This document shows positions 51,290 to 64,000 of a stretch of 64,000 bases of DNA, piece by piece (position 1 is the stretch's first letter; each line of letters begins with the position of its first letter). Below the pieces are notes generated by a model, which saw nothing but the letters and a program-made list of their open reading frames with translations, made no database searches and was not told the origin of the DNA. Source of the stretch: Squalus acanthias (lineage: Eukaryota). Location of the stretch: positions 64,854,001 to 64,918,000 of the forward strand of contig CM059432.1 of the NCBI GenBank assembly GCA_030390025.1. Direction: 5' to 3'. A program made the translations under genes and the position numbers.

Positions 51290-54200
51290 AGCCCTGGCAA
51301 GGAGAGAAGCTTTTTTTTTGGCTCAGTGGTAGTTAACAGCTCCAGAACAAGGTGCCAGTTTGCTTGGCAGGTGGTTACTGACAGGGTGGACATTGTGTCC
51401 CTGAACCCCTGGTCCAGGGATGAGGTCAGAAGAAATTGAACAAAATTCACAAAAGTACAAAGGTAAGTTGACACTGTAGTAATGTCTTTTTGTTTTCATG
51501 ACATGAATGCAAACATGGTACAACACTGGAATTAATGTGCAAACATGCTACAAATCGTACAGACGCCTACATATGGGGAAAGTTTAACCTGACTGTTGTA
51601 AGGAAAGCATGGGTTATCCAATAAAGGTAGGTGACTTTCAGGCAATAGAAAGAAAGGCATTAAATAAACAAAGAATATGGACACCCATTGTCATTTGTGT
51701 TTTATGTTGGAAATGCTATGAATAAATTGGTATACCTATGCATGACTTGGCACAGCTGGGCATGAATGTCAAATGCTGTCAGATTTGAAAATGCTACCCA
51801 AGTCACCTATGCATATAAAACAGCTACATCAGTGCACCACCTTTAACAACAGTATTTGGTAAAATAGTGTATGTTTGCTTTTTCTAAGCCAATACAATAT
51901 TGGCTTATAAGGGGTAGTTTTATGAGTCTACACTGCTAGCAGGGACATGTAAAATCACCCCATAGATAGCAGAGCCAGAAGTGGCATTGGAGAGAGAACA
52001 GGTCAGCATAAAGACCCCTCTTGTCCTCGGAAATCCACCCTGTGGAGTTTATTGGCCACAAGTTGCTTCTAGGACTGTGTTCCCCAGAGGTGGGGGTGCG
52101 CATAGCCATTTAGAGGCCATGTGCTGAGCATAGAATATCTGAGAAGTATCATAGTACACAAACAGTAAAGAAAGACATTCACACAGCATTAACTACTGTG
52201 ACTACAGAGTACTGTTAATAACACTCTCCATTAACCCATATGCTGTCTTCACAGGTGAGGGTTAATAAGCAATTGATGGCACCTCCCATGAGCAAGAGGA
52301 AGAACAGCAGAGGAGTGTTTCCCTTCCATACTTTTTAGCATCACCACAGTCATCTAATTCACAGGAGAGAGAGGTACAGCATAGTTCATCTGGTAATACA
52401 CAACTAGTGAGGGGCTACCATTGGAGGAGTCCTCGGAAAGGCCCAGAGGTGCTGAGTGGATATCTAGCCACTCGATCTCCCAACAAGGCCCTTTAAGCAG
52501 AGGATACTGTCCATAAGCACAGTGTTTGCACCTCACATGGATCGTCACACTGCAGCTATGAGGGGCTTGGGTAACAAAATGCAGGAAGCTGTGAGACCCA
52601 GCATTGAACTCATTAAGAGCAACAAAACAGTGCACCTTGCTAGAGGGATGGCAGCAGCACTTACGGGTACCTCGTCCTGTGTTCCAGCAAACTAGTGCCC
52701 CTTGTGAGGATGCGTCACTCATTTCCATTATGTTTCACTTTGTTACACCTTTTCACACATGACAGTTATGTAATTACTCTCTGTTAAAGACTCAAAGACA
52801 CAAGGCACACATAGAGACCTGCACAGTAATGCACATTACAAATAAATATTCCAACTAATTAAAACATGTTGCTGCTTATGCCTGTTCTGTAAACATGTGG
52901 ATCCGATACTGGCAGGATTGAGGGCAACAGGGGTTAGGCTTTAGCAGCCAAGCAGATAAGTCCGACATCATTTCAGCCAGCACTAGATAAATGTCCCAGT
53001 GCAGTGGCTTAAGGAAGAAGCTGTCCATCAATCACTGTCACTGTTCTCTTGCTATCAGTGGTTCTTCTTCTTCCTAAGACAGATGATGTTGCCCCCTCCT
53101 GGCCTGGTGACTGCTCATCCATGCTTATGCTTCTTTCAATGGCAATGTATTTGTAGCACGCCACACATCGTCACTATTTTGGCCATCTTATCAGGGCATG
53201 AGTGAGACAGCCTCCAGAGCAATGACATTGCATTAGTGCATGACGTGGAAATTATGGGTTCTCTTGGAGAAGCAGGCATTAACATGCAAAATAACACCCC
53301 TTCTAATTTATGAATGCCCGAAAAAAACTGGATGGTGCCCAAATAGCAAATAGATATAATCAATTATTCTCTGCATCCTATGAAACCACACAAGTTGGTA
53401 GAAGCTCTACTATATTTGGGATTGGAAGTGGTAACCCATGCCAAATTTGGTGGACAAAGCCAACAGTGCCTCTGTACACCAAATAGTGGCTCACTTCTAT
53501 AATGTCCCTTTTTGGCACCTGGAAGCTACCTGTGGCACAAAAATTGATAGTTGTTATTAATTTGACTGTCAGAGAAAGGGCAGTGCTGAATGAAAAGTGT
53601 TCCTACAGCTCATCATTCAGGAGATGGTACAAGTTGATAAGCATATCCCTGGACAGACTCAGTCATGTACCGTTCATCTACTAGGGTCACATAACTGCTT
53701 CTTGATCTGTATACATAGGGGGTGATTTTGCCAGCCCTGGGGAGGCGGGTTTGGAGGCGGAACTGCTGGGAAAATGGCAGAATCTGGGACGGGTGCCCAT
53801 CCCGCCCCCAACCCGCCTCCGTGCCATCTTCCTAGGAGGCGGGTACCCGACCCGCGCCGGGTCCCGTCTCCTCGAGGCAGGAAGGGGATTACAGCCACTT
53901 AACTGCCTGTTAACAGGTAGTTAACAGGCAGTTAAGGGGATTATCCCCATTTTTCCAACAGAAGTGCGGGCTTCCCGACGTCGAGAAACCCCGCCAGGGT
54001 CAGCGAGGCGAGCAGTGGGTCTGCGAGGGTGAGAGGGGCTGAAAAGTGTGCTGTGGAGGTGAGTGATGGGTGCAAGTGTGGAGAGGTAAGTATGTGAGGT
54101 GAGTGAAAAGTGTTAGAAAAAGTTTCCTTACCTTTGTTTCTTCTTGCAGGCTTCAATCGTTGGGGATCCAGAGGCTCCGGCATCTCCATGGCAGAGATGA

Positions 54201-54580
54201 CAGAATGGCTGCTGCATTCTCCGATGCAACAGCCATCGGATTTCTGCTCAGGAAATAGGTTTGGTGAGATTTGAGTACAAGAACTCACCAAACAACAGAG
54301 AATGTCAGTGTTTGACAGCTTCTCTGTCACTGGCTTTCCCTTAATTGGCCTGCTAAACCCGCTGGATGGGCTTAACAAGGTCAATCAAGGGAAAATAGCA
54401 TGGGTTGGCCGGATGTCATTGGGGGCGGGACTAAAACCCGACAAACAGCAGTCCCGCCGCCAACGCGCCCCCATTGGCAAAATCACCCCCGTAGTCCTGA
54501 GAAAGGTTGATGCAGATGGCTTTGAGTTGCTCCCATGCTCTATGTCTTCTGCGGCAATGCAGGACAGTAAATATTGCTGG
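51290..54580. pseudogene. Very old autonomous Harbinger relic (Myb/SANT exon on plus, transposase on minus)
   Basis: Plus 51300-51465 AWQVVTDRVDIVS...DEVRRN* then gtaag; minus ~53510-53720 VYRSRSSY and INFCATGSFQ. Ends not defined. Confidence 0.6.
53718..54490. mobile_element. Harbinger-type MITE
   Basis: Perfect 16-bp TIR gggggtgattttgcca, TSD ata/gta. Confidence 0.9.
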
Positions 54581-55897
54581 CGTAAGGCTAAAAATTCGAC
54601 AGCCCCCGTAAAAGGACGTGGGGATCACAATGCGCGATTAACACGCACCCATTCAAAGTAATGCAGGCAGCACGCAAACATTGTGCTACTGGCTAACTTA
54701 AACGATAGTGGTGTGCAGCCCAGTGGTAAATACGCTGCTGAGTGGCTGCACACTCAGCAGGCGGCCCAAGTTCGTGCGAAGCTAGCACCAATTAAAGCTA
54801 GCCTATACTTCTTAAAGCCAGACTGCACCTCTTAAAGGGGATTTTGATGAGAGCAGGTGCTGGAAGTCATTGTAGAGAAGTGTGTGACCTACAGGAAGAG
54901 TGAAGATGGTGCAACATGGCAGCGAGAGGGCTCCTAGATTTTCTGATGCAGCACTCAAGGCCCTGGTGCAGGAATTGAACAGGAGGAGAGGTGTCCTCTA
55001 TCCACAGGGGGCCAGGAGGCCCTCCTGACAGATGCTGAGTAGGGAATGGGAGCAGATAGCCGTCATTGTCAATGCAAGCAGTATAGCCCCGCGGAGCTGG
55101 ATGTAGTGCAGAAAGAAGTCTGATGACCACACACGAATGGTCAAGGTCAGTGCATTCATCTTCAAATGCCATATCCCACAAACTGCACAACTAGCCTCAC
55201 ACACTGCTCAATGCACCACATCCCCATTACGCAACTACCAACAAACTCTATCAATCACGACTCATACCTCACATTCATAGCTTCACCTCACCCTCACACA
55301 CCCACATCTTACAGCTGGCACAAACTGCCAGCTATCCAACCATGAGAGCGACATCAGCAAACACAGTGAACTACACTCACGAACACACTTCCCTCTCTCC
55401 TGCAGGACAAGGTGGCACACAATCATAGGCAGTGGCAGCTAACCGGAGGTGGACAGGCATGCCTCCATATCCTGACCCCGCTCAAGGAAACGATGCTCGC
55501 TATAATTGGAGTGGCTGTGACTGTGGCCGTGGCCAGTGGTGCTGAAACTACTGAAAATGAAGTACGCTCATACTGATCCTCCTTCTCACATCGCACTTAC
55601 CCCTCATCCCACAATCTCTTCTGACTTACAAGCTGAACATGGTGTAAGCATGCAACTCTTGCTTCCCTGCACACCCCGCCTCCCATCATCACAACCCTAC
55701 CCTTGAGACTTTCTCATTTCAGGGACCCAAGAAATCCAACCTGGCCAGGCAGTGGTGCAAAAGGAAGAGGAACAGGAGAGTGATGATTAAGAAGAAACAC
55801 CATCACTCGATCTGAGAGTTGCAGCCACCAGCTCAGATATGGGAACTGCGCGGACTTTAGAGGGTAGTTTAGAGGTGGGATCTGCATGTGATGAGTC

Positions 55898-58800
55898 ATA
55901 AGAACATAAGAACATAAGAAATAGGAGCAGGAGTCGGCCATTTGGCTCTACGAGCCTGCTCCGCCATTCAATAAGATTATGGCTGATCGTCTACCTCATC
56001 TCCACTTTCCTGAACTTTCCCCCTATCCCTTGATTCCCTTAATATTCAAAAATCTATCGATCTCTGTCTTGAATATACTCAACGACTGAGCATCCACAGC
56101 CCTCTGGGGTAGAGAATTCCAAAGATTCACCACCCTCTGAGTGAAGAAATTTCTCCTCTTCTCAGTCCTAAATGTCCGACCCCTTATTCTGAGACTGTGA
56201 CCCCTGGTTCTAGACTCCCCAGCCAGGGGAAACATCCTCCTGCATCTACCCTGTGAAGCCCTGTAAGAATTTTGTATGTTTCAATGAGATCACCTCACAT
56301 TCTTCTAAACTCGAGAGAATATAGGTCTAGTCCACTCAATCTCTCCTCACAGGACAATCCCCCCCATCCCAGGAACCAGTCTGGTGAACCTTTGTTGCAC
56401 TCCCTCTATGGCAAGTATATCCTTCCTTAGGTAAGGAGACCAAAACTGTACACAATACTCCAGGTGTGGTCTCACCAAGGCCCTATATAATTGCAGTAAG
56501 ATGTCTTTACTCTTATACTCAAATCCTCTTGTAATAAAGGCCAACATACCATTTGCTTTCCTGATTGCTTGCTGTACCTGCATGTTGACTTCCAGTGATT
56601 CGTGTACAAGGACACCCAGGTCCCTCTGAACAACAACATTTCCCAATCTCTCACCATTTAAAAAGTACTCTGCTTTTCTATTTTTCCTACCAAAGTGGAT
56701 AACTTCACATTTCTCCACGTTACATTCCATTTGCCATGTTCTTGCTCACTCACTTAGCCTGTCTATATCCCCTTGCAGCCTCCTTGCACACTCCTCACAA
56801 CTTACATTCCCACCCAGCTTTGTATCATCAGCAAATTTGGATATATTACATTTGGTCCCCTCATCCAAATCATTGATGTAGATTGTGAATAGCTGAGACC
56901 CAAGCACTGATCCTTGCGGTACCTCACTAGTTACAGCCTGCCAACCCAAAAATGACCCGTTTATTCCTACTCTCTGTTGCTGTCCGTTAACCAATCCTCA
57001 ATCCATGCTAGTATATTACCCCCAATCTCATGAGCCCTAATTTTGTGTAATAATCTCTTGTGTGGCACCTTATTGAATGCCTTCTGAAAATCCAAATACA
57101 CCACATCCACTGGCTCCCCCTTATCTATTCTGCTAGTTACATCCTCAAAAAACTCTAACAGATTTGTCAAACACGATTTCCCTTTTATAAATCCGTGTTG
57201 ACTCTGCCCAATCCTATTATTATTTTCTAAGTGCCTTGTTACCACGTCCTTAATAATAGATTCTAGCATTTTCCCTACTACTGATGTCAGGCTAACTGGT
57301 CTGTAGTTCCTCGTTTTCTCTCTCCCTCCTTTCTTAAATAGTGGGGTTACATTTGCTACCTTCCAATCTGCGGGAAGCATTCTAGAATCTATGGAATTTT
57401 GGAAAATGACAACCAATGCATCCACTATCTCTATAGCCACCTCTTTCAAAACCCTAGATTGTAGGCCATCAGGTCCAGGGGATTTATTGGCTTTCAGTCC
57501 CATTAATGTCTCCAGTACTATTTTTTTACGAATACTAATTTCTTTCAGTTCCTCATTCTCGCTAGACCCTTGGTTCTCACATATTTCCAGAAGTTTTTAG
57601 CGTCTTCTTCTATGAAAACAGACACAGAGGCCGCGATTTTGTTCTTCGAGGCGGCTTGGGAGCGGGTCAGCTGCCTTCCGTGTTCCAGTCCCGCTTCCAA
57701 CTATATCCGGCCCACAGACATGATTTTATGTCAATTGGCCTTGTTAAGCCCACCCTGCGGGCTTGCCGGCCAATTAAGAGGAAGCTGGTGTCAGATGACG
57801 TCATTTGATGACGCATCATCTGCCGGTTTTCTTAAAGGGACCATGCACCATTTTTCTTGACAGTTGATTTTTCAGTGTTTGACAGCATTGAGGTGCTGCA
57901 AACACTGACAATCACTGTACAAAGGTGAGCTCTTGCACCCAGGCTCTCCAGTGATTCCCTCCTTAGGCTAGAACAGATGGCAGCTGTAGGTGAGGTTACA
58001 GAACCGATCTGTCACTGATGAGTGAGGTACTCACAATGAGGTGGGACTACACATACAATTCAAAACTTGTTACCTTTAGAAACGTCTAAATGCATTAAAA
58101 ATGAATTTCCCAACATTTTCTTACCTCTGAAACTCACCAGTGCCCCATTGGATCCTTCACACGACTTCTGCAGCTGTCATCAATGCATAACATTACAGCA
58201 GACTCACAACATGCCACACTTACCTGGTGTGGTGGTGTCCTGGACATCGGGAAGCCCGCAGTAGAAGTGTCAAAATTGGAAAAAGCCTGTTAACTGCCTG
58301 TTAACAACCTGTTAACAAACAGTTAAGTGGCTATAATCCTCTTCCCACCGCTAGGTGTCGGGTCCATGCGCAAATCGGGGACCCAACACTTGGGAAGATT
58401 GATTGGAGGCGGGTTTCCTGCCCGCTGTCAATCTTTGCGATTTTGCCGGATCTCCCGCCTCCAAACCCACCCCCTGAGTGCCGGCAAAATTCCGGCCAAA
58501 GTATTTGTTTAATTTCTCTGCCATTTCCTTATTTCCCATTATAATTTCTCCTGTCTCAGCCTGTAAGGGACCCATATTTACTTTCACTAATCTTTTCCTT
58601 TTTACATACCTACAGAAGCTTTTACAGTCTGTTTTTATGTCTCTTGCTAGTTTACTCTCATATTCTATTTTCCCTTTCTTTATCAATTTCTTGGTCCTCC
58701 TTTGCTGAATTCTAAAATCCTCCCATACCTCAGACTTACTGCTCTTTTTGGCAACATTATAAGCCTCTTCCTTTGATCTAGTACTATCTTTAACTTCTCT

Positions 58801-60514
58801 TGTTAGCCACAGTTGGACCACTTTTCCTGTGGGGTTTTTGTACCTTAAAGGAATGCATATTTGTTGCACATCATGTATTAATTCTTTAAATGCTAGCCAT
58901 TGCTTGTCTACCATCATACCTTTTAATGTAGTTTCCCAATCTATCATTACCAACTGGCCCCTCATACCTACATAATTTGCTTTAAGATTTAAAGATGTAT
59001 AGATTTAAGACCCTAGTTTCGGATTTAACTAAATCTCTTTCAAACTGAATATAAAATTCTATCACTCTTCCCTAAAGGCCCTTTTACTACAAGGTTATTA
59101 ATTAACCCTTTCTCATTGCACAATACTAGATCTAAAATAGCCTGTTCCCTAGTTGGTTCCTCAACGTACTGATCTAGAAAACTATTCTAGAAAACTACTC
59201 TAGAAAACCTCCACACTATTACTGCAAATTTGGTTCCCCCAGTCTATATGTAGATTAAAGTCACCCATGATCACTTTATTACCCTTGTTACATGCGCCTC
59301 TAATTTCCTGATTTATACTCTGCCCTACATTACAACTACTGTTTGGGGGCCTATGAACAACTCTCACCAATGTTTTCTGCCCCTTGCTGTTTCTTAGCTC
59401 CACCCAAACTGATTCTACTTCTTGATTTTTGGAGCTAAGATCCTTTCTCTCTACTGTCTTTATCCCATCCTTTATTATCAGGGCTACCCCTCCTCCTTTT
59501 CCACTTTGCCTATCTCTTCTAAAAGTTAAGTATCCTCGAATATTTAGTTCCCAACCTTGGCCACTTTGCAATCACATCTCCGTTATGGCTATTAGATCAA
59601 ACCTGTTCATTTCTTTCTGCATTATTAATTCATCTATTTTGTTGCGAATGCTTCGCGCATTCAGATATAGTGCCTTTAGCTTTGACTTATTTCTATTTTT
59701 CTCTGAAGTCACCTTAGTAACTGATGTCTTCTTACCTTTGTTACTCTCTTGGTCCCTTCCTGACCCACTCTGCTTATTTTTACCCCAACTCTACTCTGCT
59801 CTAGAGCCTTGACATTTCTCTCGCTGCTTTTAAATTTACTCTTTCCTGAATCCTCCCACCCCCCCTTCATTAGTTTAAAGCCCTGTCTACTGCCCTAGTT
59901 ATTCGGTTCACCAGGACACTGGTCCCAGCCCTGTTTAAGTGGAGCCCGTCCCAAAGGAACAGCTCCCTTTCCCCAGTACTGCTGCCAGTGCCACATGATC
60001 TGAAACCCCTTCCTCCCACACCAATCTTTGAGCCACGCATTTAAACCTCTAATCTGTTTGTCCCTATGCCAATTTGCGCATGGCTCAGGTAACAATTATT
60101 ACCTTTGAGGTTCTGCTTTTTAATTTGGATCCTAGCTCCTCAAACTCCCTCAGCAGAACCTCATTCCTAGTTCTATCTATGTCGTTGGTTCCTATGTGGA
60201 CCACGGCAACTGGATCCTCCCCCTCCCACTCCAAGTTCTTCTCCAGCCGTGAGGAGATGTCGGAACTCTCGGTCGCGGCTGCAGAGAACAGCATCTATCC
60301 CCCTAACTATACTGTCCCCTACCACAACTACATTCCCTTTCACTCCCCCCACTTGAATGGCCTCCTGCACCATGGTGCCATGGTCAGCTTGCTCATCCAT
60401 CCTGCAGGCTTTTCCCTCATTCACACAGGCAGCAAGAACCTCATACCTGTTGGACAAGGGCAAAGGCTGAAGCTCCTCCAGCACTGCACCTGGGGTCCCC
60501 TTACCTGCCTGAAT
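55898..60514 (-). mobile_element. Long CR1 LINE (partial ORF1 esterase plus ORF2), decayed
   Basis: VVVGDSIVRG and VVHIGTND (SGNH-type esterase), IMGDFN, RT motifs, (cataagaa)n tail. Confidence 0.93.
57629..58497. mobile_element. Short non-autonomous Harbinger (internally deleted relative of 22665-24327) inside the CR1
   Basis: TIR ggccgcgattttg/caaaattccggcc, TSD aga/aaa. Confidence 0.88.
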
Positions 60515-61574
60515 CACCATGTATGAGTGGGCTGCAGCCAGGACAGATGGAAAGGGTAGCCCAGGTGCCAGCTCCCCGGAGGGTGAGGTCGCACAGGAGT
60601 TCTGCTGTACATGACTCAGATGAGGACTTTGCTGGGGCAGCCTACAGAAGATAGCTGATGGATATGCACAACAAAACGCTTGGTGCATTGGCAGGCCCGC
60701 CAGAAAGCCTGAATCCAATGTCAAGGAGCATGGAGGAGTCCAGCTCCAAACCTTGCACTGTGCTTTGCGCAGAGCTTGGAGCCTGTCCTGTCCAGGGTGG
60801 AAGGGGTGGGCATATTCATTAGCGCACTTGTGGACCCAACCATCATGTAGCGTCTGCTGGCCAATGTCTCAGATTCCATTGCAGCACAATCAGAAGCCAC
60901 CCAACGTCTGAGTGCTGCAGTGGAAGCTCAGACTGAAGTCATGCAAGCTCAGGTTGCTGCCATCATGGCTGGGTTCACCAGTGTTGAAAGGGGCTTGCAG
61001 GGTGTCACAGCAGTCCAGCAATCTGTCTTCCAGAGGGTTACTAGGGATGCTGAGGCACCGCCCCAGGGGAATGGCAGTGGCTCCGTGGAAGACGAACCCG
61101 CTGTCCTCTCTCAGGATGACAGCATTCGTTCTCCCACCACTGCCACTCCGCCAGTGCCCTTGCTGTTGCCTTTCAGTCAGCCAGTCCAGACAGCTGGCGC
61201 CCATCCCGAGGTGGTGCAGTCCAAAGCGGGGCCTACTAGGTTCAGAGCTGTTCGAGATCGTCCTGCAAGGCCATCTGCAGTCTCCCCCACTGAAAGTCAG
61301 CAGCCTTCCACCAGCCATGCTGCAGGGGTAACACTGCTTAGGAGCACTAGGACAGACAAAGGCACACTGAAGACAGGCATTAAGGGAATGCACAAGGGTG
61401 ATTAGTTGACTTTTGAATGAAATATTGTAATAGTTTGATTCATAAAATTGGTTGGAATGTTTGTTTTGTGGTGGCTTTTATTGTAACATTGTGGCCAAAA
61501 GGACACTGTGATGGTCAGTAACAGAGGGAAGGTAAGGTGTGGGACTATTGTTGAATGTGGAATTGGGATTGCGT

Positions 61575-61719
61575 TCACTGGTACCGCAGTCGGATGAGTT
61601 GATCATGGACAGCCCGGGCAGAAAGGGGCTGTTTGGTTTGCCTCCTCCCTTGTGCTTCCTCCTCTTCCACTTCCTCCTCCTCCTCTTCAGCTTCCTCCTC
61701 CTCTTCCTCCTCTTCCTCT

Positions 61720-61757
<38 letters not shown>

Positions 61758-62785
61758 CTCCTGAGCTGGTCACCGTATGCCTGGTGACAAGGGCTGTGCC
61801 CTCATGATGGTGAGGTTGTGGAGCATGCAGCAGATCATGACAAATCTTGAGATGCACGCTGGTGAGTACTGCAGGGTTCATCCAGAGTGGTCCAGGCAGC
61901 GGAAGCATTGTATAAGGAAGCCAATGGTCTGCTCTATCAGATTCCGTGTGGCAGCATGGCTTTCGTTATATTCATGCTGCCCACGTGCGCGCAGGTTGCG
62001 CAATGGAGTCATGAGCCAGGTGGTCAGCAGATAGCTCTTGTTGCCCTGTAGCCACCCTCTGGTTTGTCGTGGTAGCTCAAATGCTGATGGTAGAGCAGAC
62101 TGATGCAGAATGAAGACATCATTGCTACTGTCAGGATAGCGAGCATTGACTTGCATGATGCCCTTAGTATGGCCACACACCAGCTGGACATTGAGGGAGT
62201 GGAATCCCTTCCGGTTGTGGTACATCTCCGAATTGAGATGTGGCGCCCGCAAAGCGACGTGTGTGCAGTCAATGGCACCCTGCACTATGGGGAAGTCAAC
62301 TTTCCTTGTGAAGCCGTGTGCTCGCACCACCTGCTGCACTCTGGCAAGAGAGAATGAAATGTATTCAGCTCTTTGCATACAGAGCCTCACTCACCTCCCT
62401 TATACAGGAGTGGACGGCGAACTGCGAGATTTTACAGATGTTGGAAGGAGCCCGATGTGTAGAAGTTCAAGGCCACGGTCACCTTTACAACCACTGGCAA
62501 TGCCGTTCTCACCCTGGACTGAGGTTGCAGGTCTGCCTGCAGCAAGTGGCTGGTTTCAGTGATCACCTCCTTAGTAAAACTGAGACGTCTAATGCACTGT
62601 TCCTTGCCGAGGTTGCGGTAGCAGAATCGCTCCCTGAAGACCCTGGGTGGATATGGCCTCCTGCTGAGAGCCTTTCTCCCCCTCCTCCTCCTGCCTCTTC
62701 TAGCAGCTTGTCCTGCTCTGTGTTGCCTCTGCTCATTCTTCCTGTCATGCTGCAGGCCAAGGGGGATACAAACTACTACACCCAT
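61575..62785 (-). pseudogene. Harbinger transposase copy B, frameshifted; second catalytic Asp motif lost (GNKSY)
   Basis: ALNFYTSGSFQ, GAIDCTH, LNVQLVC, NLIEQTIG; ends DQLIRLRYQ*. Confidence 0.92.
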
Positions 62786-63288
62786 GTCTGGGAGCAACTG
62801 GTCTGAGCAGACCCCTTGCAAGTCCTTGAGCACGTGCCACACCACTCCTTGTAGACTTTAGGCAACTTTAAAGAAGTCTAGAAAGCACCAAACACTTCTA
62901 CAAACTAAGCAACAGTTAGTTGAAATCAATCAGCAACCAACCTGTAAGTAGGTGATGATCCCTTTAAATAGCGCTGGTGGGGGCTCCTCCCTGCTGCTGA
63001 ATGCATGTTCAGCTGTGTGAGGTTAAGAGAGGGCATTAGCTCCAGTGTTGTGGTCCAAAATGGCAGCGCTGGCATCAAATCAGCGTTACTCCGCATACTT
63101 ACGGCGCACACTCCCAGTGCCGACGCATTCGCCCACACCAAATGGCGTCTGGCGCGGCCCACACCAGAAGTGTGCACGTGCTGCTCAGACACCATTTTCA
63201 AGCCAAATCGGCACCCGTAGTGCCCAAAAAATGGGCGCTACACAACTGAATTTTTGGCTCGTATGTTCACCTATCCAGGAAACATAGT

Positions 63289-63915
63289 GGCCCGGATTTT
63301 CCGGGGCCAATGGGTGCGTGCGTGGTGCGTACGTGCCTGTAAGGGCCCCGCATGTTCTGGGTTTTCATGCGCAAAGCGGGCGGAGAGTTGGGCAATTTGC
63401 CTGCTTATACCAGCATAAGAATCTAACTGAACATAAAAATAATTTATTTTAAATTATTTAAACATAAAAGAACCTGTAAAATAAGTTCAGGTTATTTTTA
63501 GCCCCTTTAAAGCATTTAAATTTACTTTCAAAAAATAGATTTTTGGTTTAAATATTTAATTAAATGGTATTTTAATTAATTTTAAATATGTAATTTTTTT
63601 TTGATTTATTTGGTATGTACATGTGTTTTTTATGTGATCCCCATTCGTGCTTATAGGGATTCAGTACGAAAATGGAATCCCCATAAGCATGAATGGGGAT
63701 CCCCCTTCTTTTATTGGTTGGGCCGGCCCACGTGATCCCAGGGGCGTTTGCAAACCGCCTGCATCCCTGGGATGCGTGGGCCTTTACACATGTCTACGTG
63801 TAGAGGCCCAGGAGCGCGAGTCTCCGTGGCTCCCGAGGCAGAAGTTGGGCGCAGACTTTATTTGCGGATCGGAGGCATTTCCCCGCGGGAAACCTCCGAC
63901 CGCAAATTCAGGCCC
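63289..63915. mobile_element. Harbinger-type MITE with AT-rich core (related to 34938-35661)
   Basis: TIR ggcccggattt/aaattcaggccc, TSD agt/aat; shared block 'ggccca(c/t)gtgatcccagggg'. Confidence 0.8.
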
Positions 63916-64000
63916 AATAATTCCAACTTAGATCTGGAGCAATGGGGAACAGTGGAGAGTTTATTGTACTAAATGAAAAAGGCACGAATTGCATTAAGAG

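Larger units (their letters stand above)
54906..61405 (+). pseudogene. Harbinger Myb/SANT-like gene, copy B; stops in exon 1, CR1 inserted in exon 3
   Basis: APRFSDAALKALVQEL...EWEQIAVIVNA...RSWM*CRKK; C-terminal ORF 60920-61405. Confidence 0.85.
54585..63260. mobile_element. PIF/Harbinger transposon, two-gene copy B (same family as 4086-7714), split by a CR1
   Basis: TIR aggctaaaaattc/gaatttttggctc, TSD gta/gta; colinear with copy A, including introns. Confidence 0.9.

Noticed and set aside
1..64000. CRISPR array or prokaryotic defence operon
   Set aside because: No regularly spaced repeat-spacer array or operon structure; the sequence is intron-rich vertebrate DNA.

Overview
Vertebrate genomic DNA, most likely a cartilaginous fish (HE1/V-SINE, Deu-domain SINEs, shark-type CR1 and L2 LINEs). 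Most of the window is a nest of decayed transposons inside the introns of one minus-strand gene. Three well-spliced exons (48518-48390, 48082-47854, 29054-28881) encode an unnamed TIR-like domain protein, and two possible further exons lie at 1308-876. The repeats are: two near-complete two-gene PIF/Harbinger DNA transposons (Myb/SANT-like gene plus HARBI1-like DDE transposase, both pseudogenised), one much older Harbinger relic, about ten non-autonomous Harbinger derivatives with GG-starting TIRs and 3-bp TSDs, about ten CR1-clade LINE pieces, one L2, several SINEs, a Penelope-like fragment with a minimal hammerhead core, and a ~1.45-kb solo LTR (TG...CA, 4-bp TSD) with a foamy-virus-like layout. 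No rRNA, true tRNA or CRISPR array was seen. Family names come from my recognition of motifs; no searches were run.
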